Source: a virus. Taken from it: 41,693 nt of DNA. Numbering within the stretch: the stretch's first letter is position 1; each line of letters starts with the position of its first letter. Location: IMG/VR virus record IMGVR_UViG_3300045988_117511; one strand, given 5' to 3'. Positions 23,236-33,980 of this stretch are shown here, piece after piece. The position numbers and the translations under genes were made by a program. The notes below the pieces were generated by a model. It saw only the letters and a list, made by a program, of their open reading frames with translations, was not told where the DNA came from and did not search any database.

Positions 23236-26200
23236 CTAGCCTCCGATCCATACATCATTTAAATTGTTGCCAGTCCCTTCGATATGAGCTCCTGGACGTA
23301 TTGCCCAGTTGTCACCAAATCGAATCTGATTCTGCACGGCGATGTTTCGCACCTCCAGCACCTCGTTTGTGAACTTCGCTACAGTCTGGTCGTTATATTT
23401 AAACTCCAGCGCATCATTAGTGAATTTCGCCTGTATTGGGCTGTCCGATTTGCCAATGATAATGTTTCCCTGTTCCAAACGAATGAACTGGTTTCGTTCA
23501 ACGATTTCGTTTCCCACATCATTGATCCGTTCCTCCAGTTGGTTAAATTCCAACTGAAATCCGTCTGAGTTTGCCTTAAACAAGTTCTGCACTTCTTCCT
23601 TATAGGATTCCAGATCCGTTGTTGTTGTGTACCCTTGCAGAATGGAAATGGTAACGTTTTCCGCGGTCTGCAAAATATTTGTGGTCGCATTGCTAATGGT
23701 TTCGTTGACAAACTGCGTATTGTCCTCTGGTGCTGGCGTCCAATCAGATGATGTATTCGATTTTTCCAGCTTTACCAGCTGCACAGTGCAGTTATGCGCT
23801 GCCGACGCTGGCAAATTGTGAATGGTCAGTACATTGGCAGCCTGCGCCGGTCCGCCGGCATATGCCGCCGGACAAGTGAATGTGTATTCATAGCGTCCAG
23901 TATCTGCGTTAATGGCCAGATTATCCAGAATCATCGCATATCCATTATCACGGTATGCTGCAAAGGTTCCGGCCGTTTTGGTAGCCTCAAAAGACAGGGT
24001 ATAGGTTTCACCCACCTCCCAGTCCTCAGACAATTCGTAACTGCCGACCAGCGTTTCTGCGGATACCTGCGGATCCATCGAATCCAGAACGTAGTTCCTG
24101 CCGCCGATCCGCATCTTGCTGACCTTAGTTGCCAATGACAAAATGGCATTGGCGTTCTGAGTTATGCTAGTTTCTGCCGACGTCACCCGGTCAGCCAGAC
24201 TGTTCGCTGCGGACTGTGCCGCTGCCGCCGCGTCTCCTGCAGCTGTAGCATCTGCCTGTGCCTGATCCGCTGCAGCCTTAGCCGCCGCAACTTCTTCATC
24301 CGTCGCATCCGCTCTGTTTTTCAGTTCGGTATACTTTGTCTGCGCTGCATTGGCCGCCTCCTGTGCCTGATCGGCTACTGTCTTGGCTGCTGCCGCATCG
24401 GAAATAGCCGTGCTGGCACTGATCTCTACCTGGTCTACTTTCGTTGCCGTTGAACTGATCTGTGCCGCATTCTGATCGATCCGGGTTCCCAGATCTGTGC
24501 TGATCTGCGTCAGATCACTTTTCTTGGCGTAGCTGGTCGTCATTTCATTGGACAGCGTTTCCAGATTTGCCTGCAAAGCATCTATTTCCTGATTGGCTGT
24601 TTCTAGCTCGCTATTGACTTCCCCGACTTTGGTTAACGCAGAATCGACGGTATTTTTCGCTGTGTTTGCCAGCGTATTTGCAGTAGCTGCTGTTTCATGC
24701 ACTTCGTTCCAGGTCGTTTCCAGGATTCCTTCTGAATACGTCAGCAGGGTCGGGTTCGGTTCTGACCACTCGGTACACCAGCGTGACCACAGGTACTTTC
24801 CTGTCGTCCATTCTGGCAGCACTCTCACCCATTCCCCGCCGGTCATTTCAGTGCTGGACGTAGACAGGTAATACTGCTTCGTCATGGTAACGATGGATGG
24901 CGATGCTTTACCGTCTTTTCCCGTGTCACCGTATACGCCGATGATTTTAGGCGCCAGATCTTCCGTGCTCCCGTCGCTATAGGTCAGGGTCTCATAATTC
25001 CACAGGTACTTCTTTTCTGGCGTCATAGCCGGCACAGATGCTCCCGTACTCCATCCGGTAGTGTCAATGGTGATCCCGCTATCCTGATCGCTGACCAGAT
25101 AATGCTCCGTGATGCTGATCAGGGATTTTCCCGGATCACCTTCCACCTTTGACCATTTATATACGGTCGGATCTGTCAAGTCCGGCTCTATGGTTTTCCG
25201 GTTTGCCGCGATCCCGACATAGACTTTGCCTTCCGGTTCCAGGCTGATCCCGTTTCCGTTTTCATCATCTGCATATACGATCCAGGTATAATAAACCCGG
25301 TTCTTTGCCAGTTCGGCGAACTGGGACGCCAGCGCCTGCACCTTGTCACTGATCCCGCTACTTTTTATCAGATATTCGCCCAGGGTTGCCTTTTGCGAAT
25401 CCTTTGCGATAGATACCTCCAGCTTCAGGATTCTCGCCGACAAGTACAGCTCACCATTGTCATCCACCAAATTGATCCTGTCCCCGATCTTGGCTGCCGG
25501 CGGCAGCTCTGCAATATCGACTTCGTAGTTGACTTCGGTATCACAGATCTTTTTCAGCTCCGTGACAGCATGGGCGCACAGTTCTTTCTGGCTAGTCGTA
25601 TCAAATGAATACGTTTTTTCGATATGCCCTTCACCTGTGCCGGTTTCTGATAAATAACGGCTCCATTTCTTGACTGCTTTCCTCGATTTCAGATACTTCC
25701 CGGAAATGTAAAAATCGCCGTCATCATACTTGTAACCGGCTAAGGTGATGGGATCTTCCTGCCCTTCTGGCGTTCCACCTGTAACATACAACGCAGTTGC
25801 CAGATTAGCTACAGAACTTTTGATCACGATGTTATTCAGATTCTTGTTGATTCTAAACACCTCACCAGTATCTTTGCCCCGTTTTTTATGGATGTTGATG
25901 TACTTGTGCAGCACCTGCAGCTTGTCAATGTCGAACGTATAGCTGATTTCGGCATTATCGAACTGTGTGGCCACACTGGCCAGTCTTTCAGTAACGGTAG
26001 TCTCGCCTTCCCATTTCAGTTTCCGGCTCAGATCAGGGATCTCATTGATCCCGATTTCAAAACCGCTGTCTTCTGTCCATTTCTCTACATACCACTTGAT
26101 AGGATATGCCTCTGTAGCTTCAAATGCCTGCGCCACATCGTTCAGAAGATCCAGACCTGCATCTTCAGCGTACAGGTAGATTTCCTGATCATCAATGTCC

Positions 26201-26451
26201 AGTTCCGAATCAATGATAGTATAAAATTCCTTTTCATCGCCGTTGCTCCGCAGGATGTAGTTGCCCGCCTTGACGACTTCCTGCAGCTGACGTTGTTCGG
26301 ATTTCTCAAATGACACCGTACATTCAAACGATGCAACTCCGGTATCCACGTCTTCGATCTTTTTATCATCAGATGCAAAAAAACCTCGTGGCAGACCTGT
26401 TGATGCCTGCCCGAGGACTTCCATTTTTCTGTTGGCAAAATAAATAATCAT
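23236..26451 (-). CDS. Tail-associated lysin / baseplate hub (Tal, phage minor structural protein N-terminal family)
   Basis: 1071 aa. MIIYFANRKMEVLGQASTGLP... is the typical prophage-tail N-terminus. It has an Ala-rich coiled coil and follows Dit. Confidence 0.8.
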   Translation of the reverse strand: MIIYFANRKMEVLGQASTGLPRGFFASDDKKIEDVDTGVASFECTVSFEKSEQRQLQEVVKAGNYILRSNGDEKEFYTIIDSELDIDDQEIYLYAEDAGLDLLNDVAQAFEATEAYPIKWYVEKWTEDSGFEIGINEIPDLSRKLKWEGETTVTERLASVATQFDNAEISYTFDIDKLQVLHKYINIHKKRGKDTGEVFRINKNLNNIVIKSSVANLATALYVTGGTPEGQEDPITLAGYKYDDGDFYISGKYLKSRKAVKKWSRYLSETGTGEGHIEKTYSFDTTSQKELCAHAVTELKKICDTEVNYEVDIAELPPAAKIGDRINLVDDNGELYLSARILKLEVSIAKDSQKATLGEYLIKSSGISDKVQALASQFAELAKNRVYYTWIVYADDENGNGISLEPEGKVYVGIAANRKTIEPDLTDPTVYKWSKVEGDPGKSLISITEHYLVSDQDSGITIDTTGWSTGASVPAMTPEKKYLWNYETLTYSDGSTEDLAPKIIGVYGDTGKDGKASPSIVTMTKQYYLSTSSTEMTGGEWVRVLPEWTTGKYLWSRWCTEWSEPNPTLLTYSEGILETTWNEVHETAATANTLANTAKNTVDSALTKVGEVNSELETANQEIDALQANLETLSNEMTTSYAKKSDLTQISTDLGTRIDQNAAQISSTATKVDQVEISASTAISDAAAAKTVADQAQEAANAAQTKYTELKNRADATDEEVAAAKAAADQAQADATAAGDAAAAAQSAANSLADRVTSAETSITQNANAILSLATKVSKMRIGGRNYVLDSMDPQVSAETLVGSYELSEDWEVGETYTLSFEATKTAGTFAAYRDNGYAMILDNLAINADTGRYEYTFTCPAAYAGGPAQAANVLTIHNLPASAAHNCTVQLVKLEKSNTSSDWTPAPEDNTQFVNETISNATTNILQTAENVTISILQGYTTTTDLESYKEEVQNLFKANSDGFQLEFNQLEERINDVGNEIVERNQFIRLEQGNIIIGKSDSPIQAKFTNDALEFKYNDQTVAKFTNEVLEVRNIAVQNQIRFGDNWAIRPGAHIEGTGNNLNDVWIGG

Positions 26452-28496
26452 AAGAATGCCTCCCGGTACCGTACCTTTAATGCCGGAGCATATTCATCTG
26501 AAACCCAATACGAATACGCCACACCGATCTGGTTCAGACCCGGCCGGAGTACGAAACTTTCCCAGTCGTTACCTAATGCTCCCAGCTGTGGGGAGCGGAC
26601 GCCATTCAGGTAGATTTCGCCCTGATTGCAGTCCGCCACCAGCACGTCATTGGCACTGAACTTATTCGGTATGTTTTTCCAGGTGTCGCAGTTGTCCTTT
26701 ACGAACTTAGCCCAGTAAATACCGTTATAGGCCAGCGTATTCACAGACGAATACTGCTCAAACCGGAACGTTATTTCAGTTGCTTTGGTTTCTGCAATAG
26801 CTGTATCGGTATATACCTTTTTCAGATCTCCGATAGTAAACGTCACCTGTGATCCGCTTTTTATAATGCTGGATGTCTTCACGGCCGTACTGGAAATGTC
26901 CAGGTCAACCGTTTCTACCTTGGCGTCGTTCACATAAAACTGCAGGCTCGCTTTTTTACCTGCCTTGTTTTTCAGGATCCTGACGCCTGCCAGAATCTTT
27001 TTACTGGATCCAGGTCCCGAAACTGCCAGCACCTGAAATCCGCCCATCTGCGTGCTGTCATTTTTTCCGGATCCTACGCACATCTTCTGTTTATAGGTAA
27101 ATGTGAAATCAGCCGCCCCGGAAATCCCTGCAGAATCCGCAGGAATCATTCGGGTAATGGATGGGCCGTGATACTTGCCCTCGCTGCTTCCGTAGCTGGA
27201 CGCACCCAGGAAATACGTTTCCGGAACGTCTGCCACATAGGCACTGATCGGCATATTAGAACAGCTCGTTTCCGGCATGATACCAGCGATGTTAGCCAGC
27301 AGGGAATCGGTACGCCACGCCTTAAACTTGATTCCTGTGAGTGCCGTTTGATCTGCCGTCAGGCCGGTCACTGTAAAGGATGTGCTGACGGTATGGGCTG
27401 ATCTGCCCTTCCAGTATGCGGATATAGTCTTTACCCAGATATCATGCCAGCTACCACCAACATACACCGACGCCTTGACGCCAAGACCTTTACCGAAATA
27501 GTTTCTATCGGTGCCCAGCGATGCGGTGATCGTTGCCGTGATGGTCACGGCATTGGATGTCCTGCCGGTTGCCCTAAGTGTTACCGTGTAGTAGAAACGC
27601 GGCTTTCCGGCTGGCGTCTGCTTACTCAGAACTGTTCCTGTTGTCGTCTTAGGTGATGCCGGAACGGCATAGGATGCTATTTTCATTCCTACAGATCCGG
27701 CCGCCACACCATCAGCCGGTAACATCTTTCCAGTGTTCTGGCTCCACAGCGCCTTGGCTGCTGTTCCCCAGTCGTCAGCTAATTCAAATGTCTGGTTGAT
27801 CAGGGTCTGGGATTTCGCATACACATTGCTGCCGTCTTCTTCGTCAGGGTCACCGATCTGGATGATCTTTTCCTGCTCATTGAAAAATGCCACATACCCG
27901 CAATCGCCGTGCCCTGTCAAGGTGGTATCTTCGCCCTCCGTTTCCTGGTAGAAATCCGCTTCCAGGATTGGAAACGATTCATATGTGCCGCCGTAGTCAA
28001 CCAAAATCGTACCCTTATCACCATCCAGCGGCTCCGCCTCATACTCCGCCACGGAATATTTCAACGGATCCAGACACAGTATTTTAAACTCGCCTTTGAC
28101 CGAATTCCGACCCGTGTCGATCTCGCTGACCTCTGACGGTGTTCCGATGAAAAACTTATCCGGTTCATCGTTGAAAATGATCTCGGCATCATCTACGTTC
28201 AGGATCCTGCCCAGTTTGTTATAGGCTTCCCGGAACGCCTCTGCGCTTTCTGCAATCAGCTGGTACCCGACCGTGATAGTTCTGGCCGGATACCGCTTAT
28301 TCTTCCTGATTTCGCCGTTTTTTGTGCCTATTTCATAGGTGTTGATCTCCGGGGACAGGACTTCTCTTCCCTGCACATACAGGGTATGGTAGCCCTCGAT
28401 CTGTGTTTCGATCAGTTCCCCGTTGATCTGCAGCGCTTCCGCTGGGATGTACTCTTGCGTTAAATTTTCATTTATGTCTCTGAATTCATACATCAT
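26448..28496 (-). CDS. Distal tail protein (Dit), extended form
   Basis: Immediately follows the tape measure gene. The N-terminus is siphovirus-tail-like. At 682 aa it probably carries inserted domains. Confidence 0.75.
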   Translation of the reverse strand: MMYEFRDINENLTQEYIPAEALQINGELIETQIEGYHTLYVQGREVLSPEINTYEIGTKNGEIRKNKRYPARTITVGYQLIAESAEAFREAYNKLGRILNVDDAEIIFNDEPDKFFIGTPSEVSEIDTGRNSVKGEFKILCLDPLKYSVAEYEAEPLDGDKGTILVDYGGTYESFPILEADFYQETEGEDTTLTGHGDCGYVAFFNEQEKIIQIGDPDEEDGSNVYAKSQTLINQTFELADDWGTAAKALWSQNTGKMLPADGVAAGSVGMKIASYAVPASPKTTTGTVLSKQTPAGKPRFYYTVTLRATGRTSNAVTITATITASLGTDRNYFGKGLGVKASVYVGGSWHDIWVKTISAYWKGRSAHTVSTSFTVTGLTADQTALTGIKFKAWRTDSLLANIAGIMPETSCSNMPISAYVADVPETYFLGASSYGSSEGKYHGPSITRMIPADSAGISGAADFTFTYKQKMCVGSGKNDSTQMGGFQVLAVSGPGSSKKILAGVRILKNKAGKKASLQFYVNDAKVETVDLDISSTAVKTSSIIKSGSQVTFTIGDLKKVYTDTAIAETKATEITFRFEQYSSVNTLAYNGIYWAKFVKDNCDTWKNIPNKFSANDVLVADCNQGEIYLNGVRSPQLGALGNDWESFVLRPGLNQIGVAYSYWVSDEYAPALKVRYREAFL

Positions 28497-31276
28497 TACC
28501 TTACACCCCTCTTTCTTGCTGCTCTCGTTTCTCGCTTATCCAGTTCTTCCTGGGTATATGGCGCCGATACCTTGGCGATGGTTTTGCCGTCCAGTTCAAC
28601 TGGCACTTCAATCACGACGGTTCTGCCGCCGCCATAGTTGTACTGGTCATACAACTGGCCGGATCCGCCGCTGCTTGTCGCCCATGCAATGTCCGGGGTT
28701 GCTACCTTCGGAACATATAACAGCTGCTGTGCAGCCTTCCGGGCCTGACGAACCTTGCCAAGGATTCCATTTACCCAGCCGGCTCCATACCATCCGCCGA
28801 GCTTATCAGCTACCTTGGACGGTGAACCAATCTTCGCTTTGGCTTCGATCGCTTTTTCTGCTGCAGCTGCCAATGCTGCTGCCGCTGCACGTACCGCCCC
28901 AAGCTGGGAACGCATACCGTTGGCCAAGCCTATACCAATAAAACGGCCTGCTGAATATGCGCCAGATGCCGCACCCCGCAGAGTCACATTGATAGAAACA
29001 ACTGCAGACCTGCATGCCGGAACTAACATCATGGCCGCTGCCGTGATGGATGCAAACGCCGCAATAAACGGGCCTACATTCGGTGCCGGGATCGTGAAAT
29101 TAGCAAATGCTGCTTTGAGTAATGTTACGTTAGTCACTACGCCACCGATCATGCCTGATAACGCTGACAGAGCTGCATTGAATGCGGTAATGCCGGCAGC
29201 TCCCATTGTGATCGCCATCATGAGTCCCATCATCCCCGCTGCAACCTGTGGAAGATTTGCTCCCTTAGTAGCGATCGTACCTATTCCCGTTGCTACTGCT
29301 GCCAGAGCCGTTGCTATATCAAACAAGGATAATCCTGCGATCATTTGAATGCCCTGTGCTACAGACTTGAATCCAGTTCCGGCATTCTTTGCGGATGTAC
29401 CTACGGATTCGATCACCCCGGCGATCGCATTCATAGCTGTTGCAAAACCGCCGCTGATCGCATCGACTACGGTAGCTACACCGTCGGCCAGGGTCGAAAA
29501 TCCGTCACAGATAGACTGAACGACCTGGGAAATTACATCCCCGGCAGTCCGCATCACATTGCACAGCGTTCCGCCGATCACAGTAACGATCTGACTGATC
29601 GCATTTGCGATGACTGGAACGATCTGGGCTATTGTGTCGCCCAGCTGTTTGATCATTACCGTTAATGCCTGCACAAACGGCGTTGCAAGACGCATCCCTG
29701 CACCGATCAAGACGATTGCCGCCCCGAATGCCAGCATGCCAACAGCACCCGCTGTCAGAGCTGTTCCCAGTGCGGCGAATACTACCGCAAGACCGGCAAC
29801 AACAATGCCGAAGGCTCCCATGGCTGCCGCACCCTCAAGACCTGTCTGAGCGATCGGAGCCATAGCCAGTGCCATAGCGGCAACTGCTGCGGCAAAAACG
29901 ATGATCCCCGTTGTGCTTGCCTGCAGCTTCGTCCCGACGGATGCCAGAACCATAGCCACAATGCTGACAGCCGATGCAAAGGCGATCAGCGGGGCAACTG
30001 CCGTCGGACCTAACTTACCGATTCCCTGCAGCGCTTTCGCCAGCAGGGCAAGAGATCCGATAATCAGGGCTACTCCGGCCATCTTTGCCAGCGCACCAAG
30101 ACCGCTTTTTAGTTTAAATGTACCCTTAGCGGCCAGATTCCCCGCCTTGCCAGTTTTCTTAAACGTCTCGGATGCACTTTCCAGCGGAGTAAGGCAGCTG
30201 GAAACCTTTTTATATGCCTTGAATGCCATTGCCAATGCTATAGCAGCGGTGGCTGCTTTTGTAGCACCTTCGGCGTGTTTATTTAAAAACTTCAATATAC
30301 CGCCCAGCACCGTGCCTACTCCAGATGCTACTTTTTTCAAAACTTTAAATGCCGGGGTCAGACCGGCGATAATGCCCTTCAAGTTGATCTTTTCGATCCC
30401 CTTGGCCAACTTGTCAAAGACGGCAATGATCTTTTCTTTTGCCTTGTTCGCAGACTCGGCAATAGTTGGCAAGCCATTGTTTTGCAGCATCTTATCAATG
30501 GCTCCGATACAGGTTGCCATTCCCTTTGTTACACCAGTACCCAGATTAGTGAACGCTGTTTTGATGCCGCCGGTTGCACTCTTAGCCTGGTCTTCAAATG
30601 ATGCCAGGCCATCGATACCTTCTTCATTCAGCCTGACCATGGTATCCATGAATTCATCCATGGATACGGTACCGTTACGCAAGCCCTCCCCCAGCGCATC
30701 GGTAGACATCCCCATGGCCTTTGCTACCTGATTCAGCTGTGCCGGCATGGCCGTCTGAATAGATCGCCATTCCTGCATATCCATCTTACCCTTGGAATAC
30801 GCCTGAGACAGCTGCTCAACAGCTGCAGACTGTACCTGTGTGGACATGCCTCCCGCTGTGATGGCGTTGTTCATAGCCAGAAAATACTTGGTGGACTTCT
30901 TGATGTCATTATTCTTGGAAACAAATCTGGTAACCCCTGCTGTCGCTGTATCCATAGTAGTTGGCAAACCAGAAATGCCTTTGTCCAGGTCTTTCATGGC
31001 GTTTTTGGTATCATTGGTAGCAATGCCCAGGTTCTTCATGACCTTCGGGAAATTGTTCAGCTGGTCATACCTGTCGACCGCACTGCCAACATGGGATTTC
31101 ATGGTATCCAGCGCCATATTGACGCCCCGCATTCCCAACTGCAAAAGTGCGCCTGTGCCTATTGTTCGCTTAAATCCGCCATTGAGGGAATCAGCCGCCG
31201 ACGCCGCTCCTTTCAGCGCCGCAGACATATGGTCTTTGACAGATAGAATCGCCTGCACCGCATAGCTTTCAGCCAT
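28496..31276 (-). CDS. Tape measure protein
   Basis: 926 aa. It has Ala/Gly-rich hydrophobic repeats and lies after the G/T chaperones. Confidence 0.9.
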   Translation of the reverse strand: MAESYAVQAILSVKDHMSAALKGAASAADSLNGGFKRTIGTGALLQLGMRGVNMALDTMKSHVGSAVDRYDQLNNFPKVMKNLGIATNDTKNAMKDLDKGISGLPTTMDTATAGVTRFVSKNNDIKKSTKYFLAMNNAITAGGMSTQVQSAAVEQLSQAYSKGKMDMQEWRSIQTAMPAQLNQVAKAMGMSTDALGEGLRNGTVSMDEFMDTMVRLNEEGIDGLASFEDQAKSATGGIKTAFTNLGTGVTKGMATCIGAIDKMLQNNGLPTIAESANKAKEKIIAVFDKLAKGIEKINLKGIIAGLTPAFKVLKKVASGVGTVLGGILKFLNKHAEGATKAATAAIALAMAFKAYKKVSSCLTPLESASETFKKTGKAGNLAAKGTFKLKSGLGALAKMAGVALIIGSLALLAKALQGIGKLGPTAVAPLIAFASAVSIVAMVLASVGTKLQASTTGIIVFAAAVAAMALAMAPIAQTGLEGAAAMGAFGIVVAGLAVVFAALGTALTAGAVGMLAFGAAIVLIGAGMRLATPFVQALTVMIKQLGDTIAQIVPVIANAISQIVTVIGGTLCNVMRTAGDVISQVVQSICDGFSTLADGVATVVDAISGGFATAMNAIAGVIESVGTSAKNAGTGFKSVAQGIQMIAGLSLFDIATALAAVATGIGTIATKGANLPQVAAGMMGLMMAITMGAAGITAFNAALSALSGMIGGVVTNVTLLKAAFANFTIPAPNVGPFIAAFASITAAAMMLVPACRSAVVSINVTLRGAASGAYSAGRFIGIGLANGMRSQLGAVRAAAAALAAAAEKAIEAKAKIGSPSKVADKLGGWYGAGWVNGILGKVRQARKAAQQLLYVPKVATPDIAWATSSGGSGQLYDQYNYGGGRTVVIEVPVELDGKTIAKVSAPYTQEELDKRETRAARKRGVR

Positions 31277-31580
31277 CGTCTTTACCTCCTTTCTTCAATA
31301 CTTTTTCGATGCCTCGAAACCGCGTTCTTTGCTTCGGATTTGAAGACTTCAAAACATTTGCAACCGAATCCTTGTAGTTGAAGAACTTCTGGAACGTCGT
31401 ATAAACCGGCCGGGTCTTGCCTCTGCCTGCTTTTCGTTCCGCTTTAGCCGCAAACGTCAACCAGGCCTGCAGGTGATTCCTGTAGTCCAGATCAACCTGT
31501 TTCAGCATGGCCGCCTTCATCATCAGGGTGTACTGCGGGATCGTCAGCTGATCCACTTGGTCAAAACTCTTGAAATCCAA
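31269..31580 (-). CDS. Tail assembly chaperone T portion (expressed as a G-T fusion by -1 frameshift)
   Basis: This frame stays open upstream through the end of 31631-31993, in the -1 frame. The apparent TTG start has no obvious RBS. Confidence 0.65.
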   Translation of the reverse strand: MDFKSFDQVDQLTIPQYTLMMKAAMLKQVDLDYRNHLQAWLTFAAKAERKAGRGKTRPVYTTFQKFFNYKDSVANVLKSSNPKQRTRFRGIEKVLKKGGKDDG

Positions 31581-31630
31581 ATACCTGAAACAATTCAGCG
31601 CGATTTCCTGATACGTCTCCTCAAAACTTG

Positions 31631-31993
31631 TTACTCGGTCGCTGCTGCTTCCAGACTCTTGAACAGCTTCTCCGCCCTCTTTTTCGTGGCGTTGGATGTC
31701 GTGAAAAAACCGATCACATCATCAAACAGCTTGTCGATGTCCGTATCAGGGGCTTCAATGTAGGCTTCAAGTTCCTGTTTCGTTACCCGTGGCGACTTCC
31801 CCTTGTTGGCCAGATCCAGCACGTTCACCAGGTCAACGACATCGCCATCGTAGATATGCGTCAGTGCCATAGTCAGCCCTGCGTCTTCGGTAACACCGGA
31901 CATTTCTACCTTGACCGTTTTATTGATCTCCCTAACAAACCCGACTCCAAAATTGAATGGGTAAACTTTATCATTTATCGTTAATTCAAACAT
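31631..31993 (-). CDS. Tail assembly chaperone G
   Basis: Called from its position between the major tail protein and the tape measure, and its size of 120 aa. Confidence 0.75.
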   Translation of the reverse strand: MFELTINDKVYPFNFGVGFVREINKTVKVEMSGVTEDAGLTMALTHIYDGDVVDLVNVLDLANKGKSPRVTKQELEAYIEAPDTDIDKLFDDVIGFFTTSNATKKRAEKLFKSLEAAATE

Positions 31994-32013
31994 GATTTTT
32001 CCTCCAGATAATT

Positions 32014-32041
32014 AAAAAGAGAAGGCGAAAATCGCCCTCTC
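32014..32041 (-). terminator. Leaky rho-independent terminator after the major tail protein gene
   Basis: Minus strand forms GAGAGGGCG-ATTTT-CGCCTTCTC (one mismatch) followed by T5. Confidence 0.55.
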
Positions 32042-32066
32042 ATTAGATAAAAAAGTAAGATTTAGA

Positions 32067-32612
32067 CTATGCCCCAGTCTTCTGCGTATCTGCAAAGACA
32101 TAGGCCGCCACTTCCTGCTGCTCCTCGCTGACAGTGACCTCACCAGTAGCACCTGTGCCGTTGATGCCGAACGTCGTTTCCACCTCGGCATGGTCTTCGG
32201 CGCTGGATGTCAGGGTGTATTCTGTCAGGTATCCCTGATAGTACGTGCCCTTGAACTTGCCTGCTTTGGTTGCGATCGGTTCAGCCAGATTAACTTCCCA
32301 GATTTCGATCAGTTCATTAGCCAGCATAGCCGCTTTCATTTTATCGTACATCGTGTCGCCCTTTGCCAGTACAGATGTAGCCGAGATTTCAATTTCCGGT
32401 ACGTTCGGTGTTCTGATCGGGCCATCCTTGGTAGCCGTGGTGTCAGCGTCCGTTGTGATGTTCGTTTCATTTTCCGTTGTGAATGCGATCGCAACTGCAT
32501 CGTCTGTAGCTGCATCCTTCAGAATCCGGTACAGATACATGATCTTTTTTCCGGATACCGCTTCAGCGAATAACTGCAGCTGCATAGCGTGCATTTTCAT
32601 TCTATTCTTCAT
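32067..32612 (-). CDS. Major tail protein (with L27-like LQLFA leader)
   Basis: Called from position and size. The RBS is AGGAGGA. The N-terminus is MKNRMKMHAMQLQLFAE. Confidence 0.8.
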   Translation of the reverse strand: MKNRMKMHAMQLQLFAEAVSGKKIMYLYRILKDAATDDAVAIAFTTENETNITTDADTTATKDGPIRTPNVPEIEISATSVLAKGDTMYDKMKAAMLANELIEIWEVNLAEPIATKAGKFKGTYYQGYLTEYTLTSSAEDHAEVETTFGINGTGATGEVTVSEEQQEVAAYVFADTQKTGA

Positions 32613-32623
32613 GTGTTTTCCTC

Positions 32624-33010
32624 CTAACTAAATTTAAACTCTACTTCCAGCCTGCCTCTAAGTAACGGCTTGCCTGTAGATGTGTCCGGCAAGATCCGCT
32701 GATCAATATTGCGGATCAGCCAGGCAAAGTTATCTGTATGTTCCAGTTTTCTGCAAATGCCCTTGATCTGCAAAAGCATTGCCGAAACTGTACCCCGTTT
32801 TTCCGGTGTGCTGTGCCAGACGTCAATGGTCTGGTAAACTGTCCCGGTCACGACTCCTTTCATTTCCGTGTCGATCAGCTGACTGTCTGCCAGATAGACG
32901 AACGGATAGGGCGTATCCTCTGGCGGCAGGAATCCATCATAGACCTTGCCCGGAAACGCTTCTTTCAGCTGCAACAGCAGTGCTGTGAATAATTCCTGTT
33001 GTGGATCCAT
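32624..33010 (-). CDS. Tail terminator / tail completion protein
   Basis: Called from its position immediately upstream of the major tail protein gene in an HK97-type neck module. Confidence 0.6.
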   Translation of the reverse strand: MDPQQELFTALLLQLKEAFPGKVYDGFLPPEDTPYPFVYLADSQLIDTEMKGVVTGTVYQTIDVWHSTPEKRGTVSAMLLQIKGICRKLEHTDNFAWLIRNIDQRILPDTSTGKPLLRGRLEVEFKFS

Positions 33011-33014
33011 GCTA

Positions 33015-33353
33015 TCACCTCGTTAATTTCTGCAAGTCTGCGATGAACTGGGCTTTAACGGTATTGAACGCCGGTTTGACGTATGGCTGCGCCGCCATTT
33101 TTCGTGTGCCAAATTCAACGTAGGCTGCATATTCGGTATGTGGCTGCACCACAGCAGACAGGCCGCCGTCCTTAATCTGCAGGTCGATGGATCGGAACAG
33201 CGTACCGGTATCGATTGGTGCCCGCAGTTTTGTCCATTGCTGAAGCCTTGTTCCGTTGGCTCTGACGACCGTTTTAACGGCATCTAAGTTCGTTTTTCGC
33301 ATCAATGCGGCAGATAACTCCGCCTGTCCCTTAAATACTACCGTTCCGCCCAT
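33015..33353 (-). CDS. HK97 gp10-family neck protein
   Basis: APIDTGTLFRSI...EYAAYVEFGT is the HK97 gp10 family signature. Confidence 0.75.
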   Translation of the reverse strand: MGGTVVFKGQAELSAALMRKTNLDAVKTVVRANGTRLQQWTKLRAPIDTGTLFRSIDLQIKDGGLSAVVQPHTEYAAYVEFGTRKMAAQPYVKPAFNTVKAQFIADLQKLTR

Positions 33354-33354
33354 T

Positions 33355-33654
33355 TTACACCTCCGATACTACCAGGATCTGTTTAGTACGCAGTTTTCGT
33401 TCAAAATCCACGATATACTGCTTCTCGCCGATCCTGATCCTGTTATAGGTTTTCGTATAATGCTGCTGCAACCTGATCACTTTGCTGTTACGCTTGATGT
33501 CACCGTACAAGATCTGCTTTGTGTCGGTGGAAGTATCTGTCACATCAGCATACACCTTTGTTTCCGCTGGATCACTATCAGCATAATCCCCGGTTTTCGG
33601 ATCATATATTCCCTGTCGGATCAGCTGGAAGTAAATTGGCGTATCGTATCTCAT
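33355..33654 (-). CDS. Head closure / head-tail adaptor protein
   Basis: Called from position and size. The sequence resembles the SPP1 gp16 type. Confidence 0.65.
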   Translation of the reverse strand: MRYDTPIYFQLIRQGIYDPKTGDYADSDPAETKVYADVTDTSTDTKQILYGDIKRNSKVIRLQQHYTKTYNRIRIGEKQYIVDFERKLRTKQILVVSEV

Positions 33655-33980
33655 AAAAATTTAAAGCCTCCTTTCGCTCCCTGCTGACCAAGAGAATCCT
33701 TAAAGCTCTGAATCTCCACCATATACGCATCAAAATCCGAATCAGAAAATGTCAGGCTCTCTCCCTCGACAGAGTGGGAAGCAGTGCCTTCTGATCCGAT
33801 CCTATTGAACCGCACCACGGCCACTTCTACTATAATGAAATTCATTTCTTCTGGCGGATCTGTTCCGCCCAGCAGCAGTTTTAATCTGGATCTTACAGAA
33901 CTGATGATCCAGTTAAGCTTATCGTCAAGATCGGTATCCTCTACCGCTATCCCTAGGATCCGCTTCAGATCTTCCAGCAT
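33651..33980 (-). CDS. gp6-like head-tail connector protein
   Basis: The N-terminus LEDLKRILGIAVEDTDLDDKLNWIISSVRSRL is typical of this family. Confidence 0.7.
   Translation of the reverse strand: MLEDLKRILGIAVEDTDLDDKLNWIISSVRSRLKLLLGGTDPPEEMNFIIVEVAVVRFNRIGSEGTASHSVEGESLTFSDSDFDAYMVEIQSFKDSLGQQGAKGGFKFL

Noticed and set aside
28423-31265. Several plus-strand ORFs (up to 276 aa) within the tape measure region
   Set aside because: They are antisense frames of a GC-rich, Ala/Gly-repeat gene that stay open by composition. They have no RBS, and all neighbouring genes are on the minus strand.
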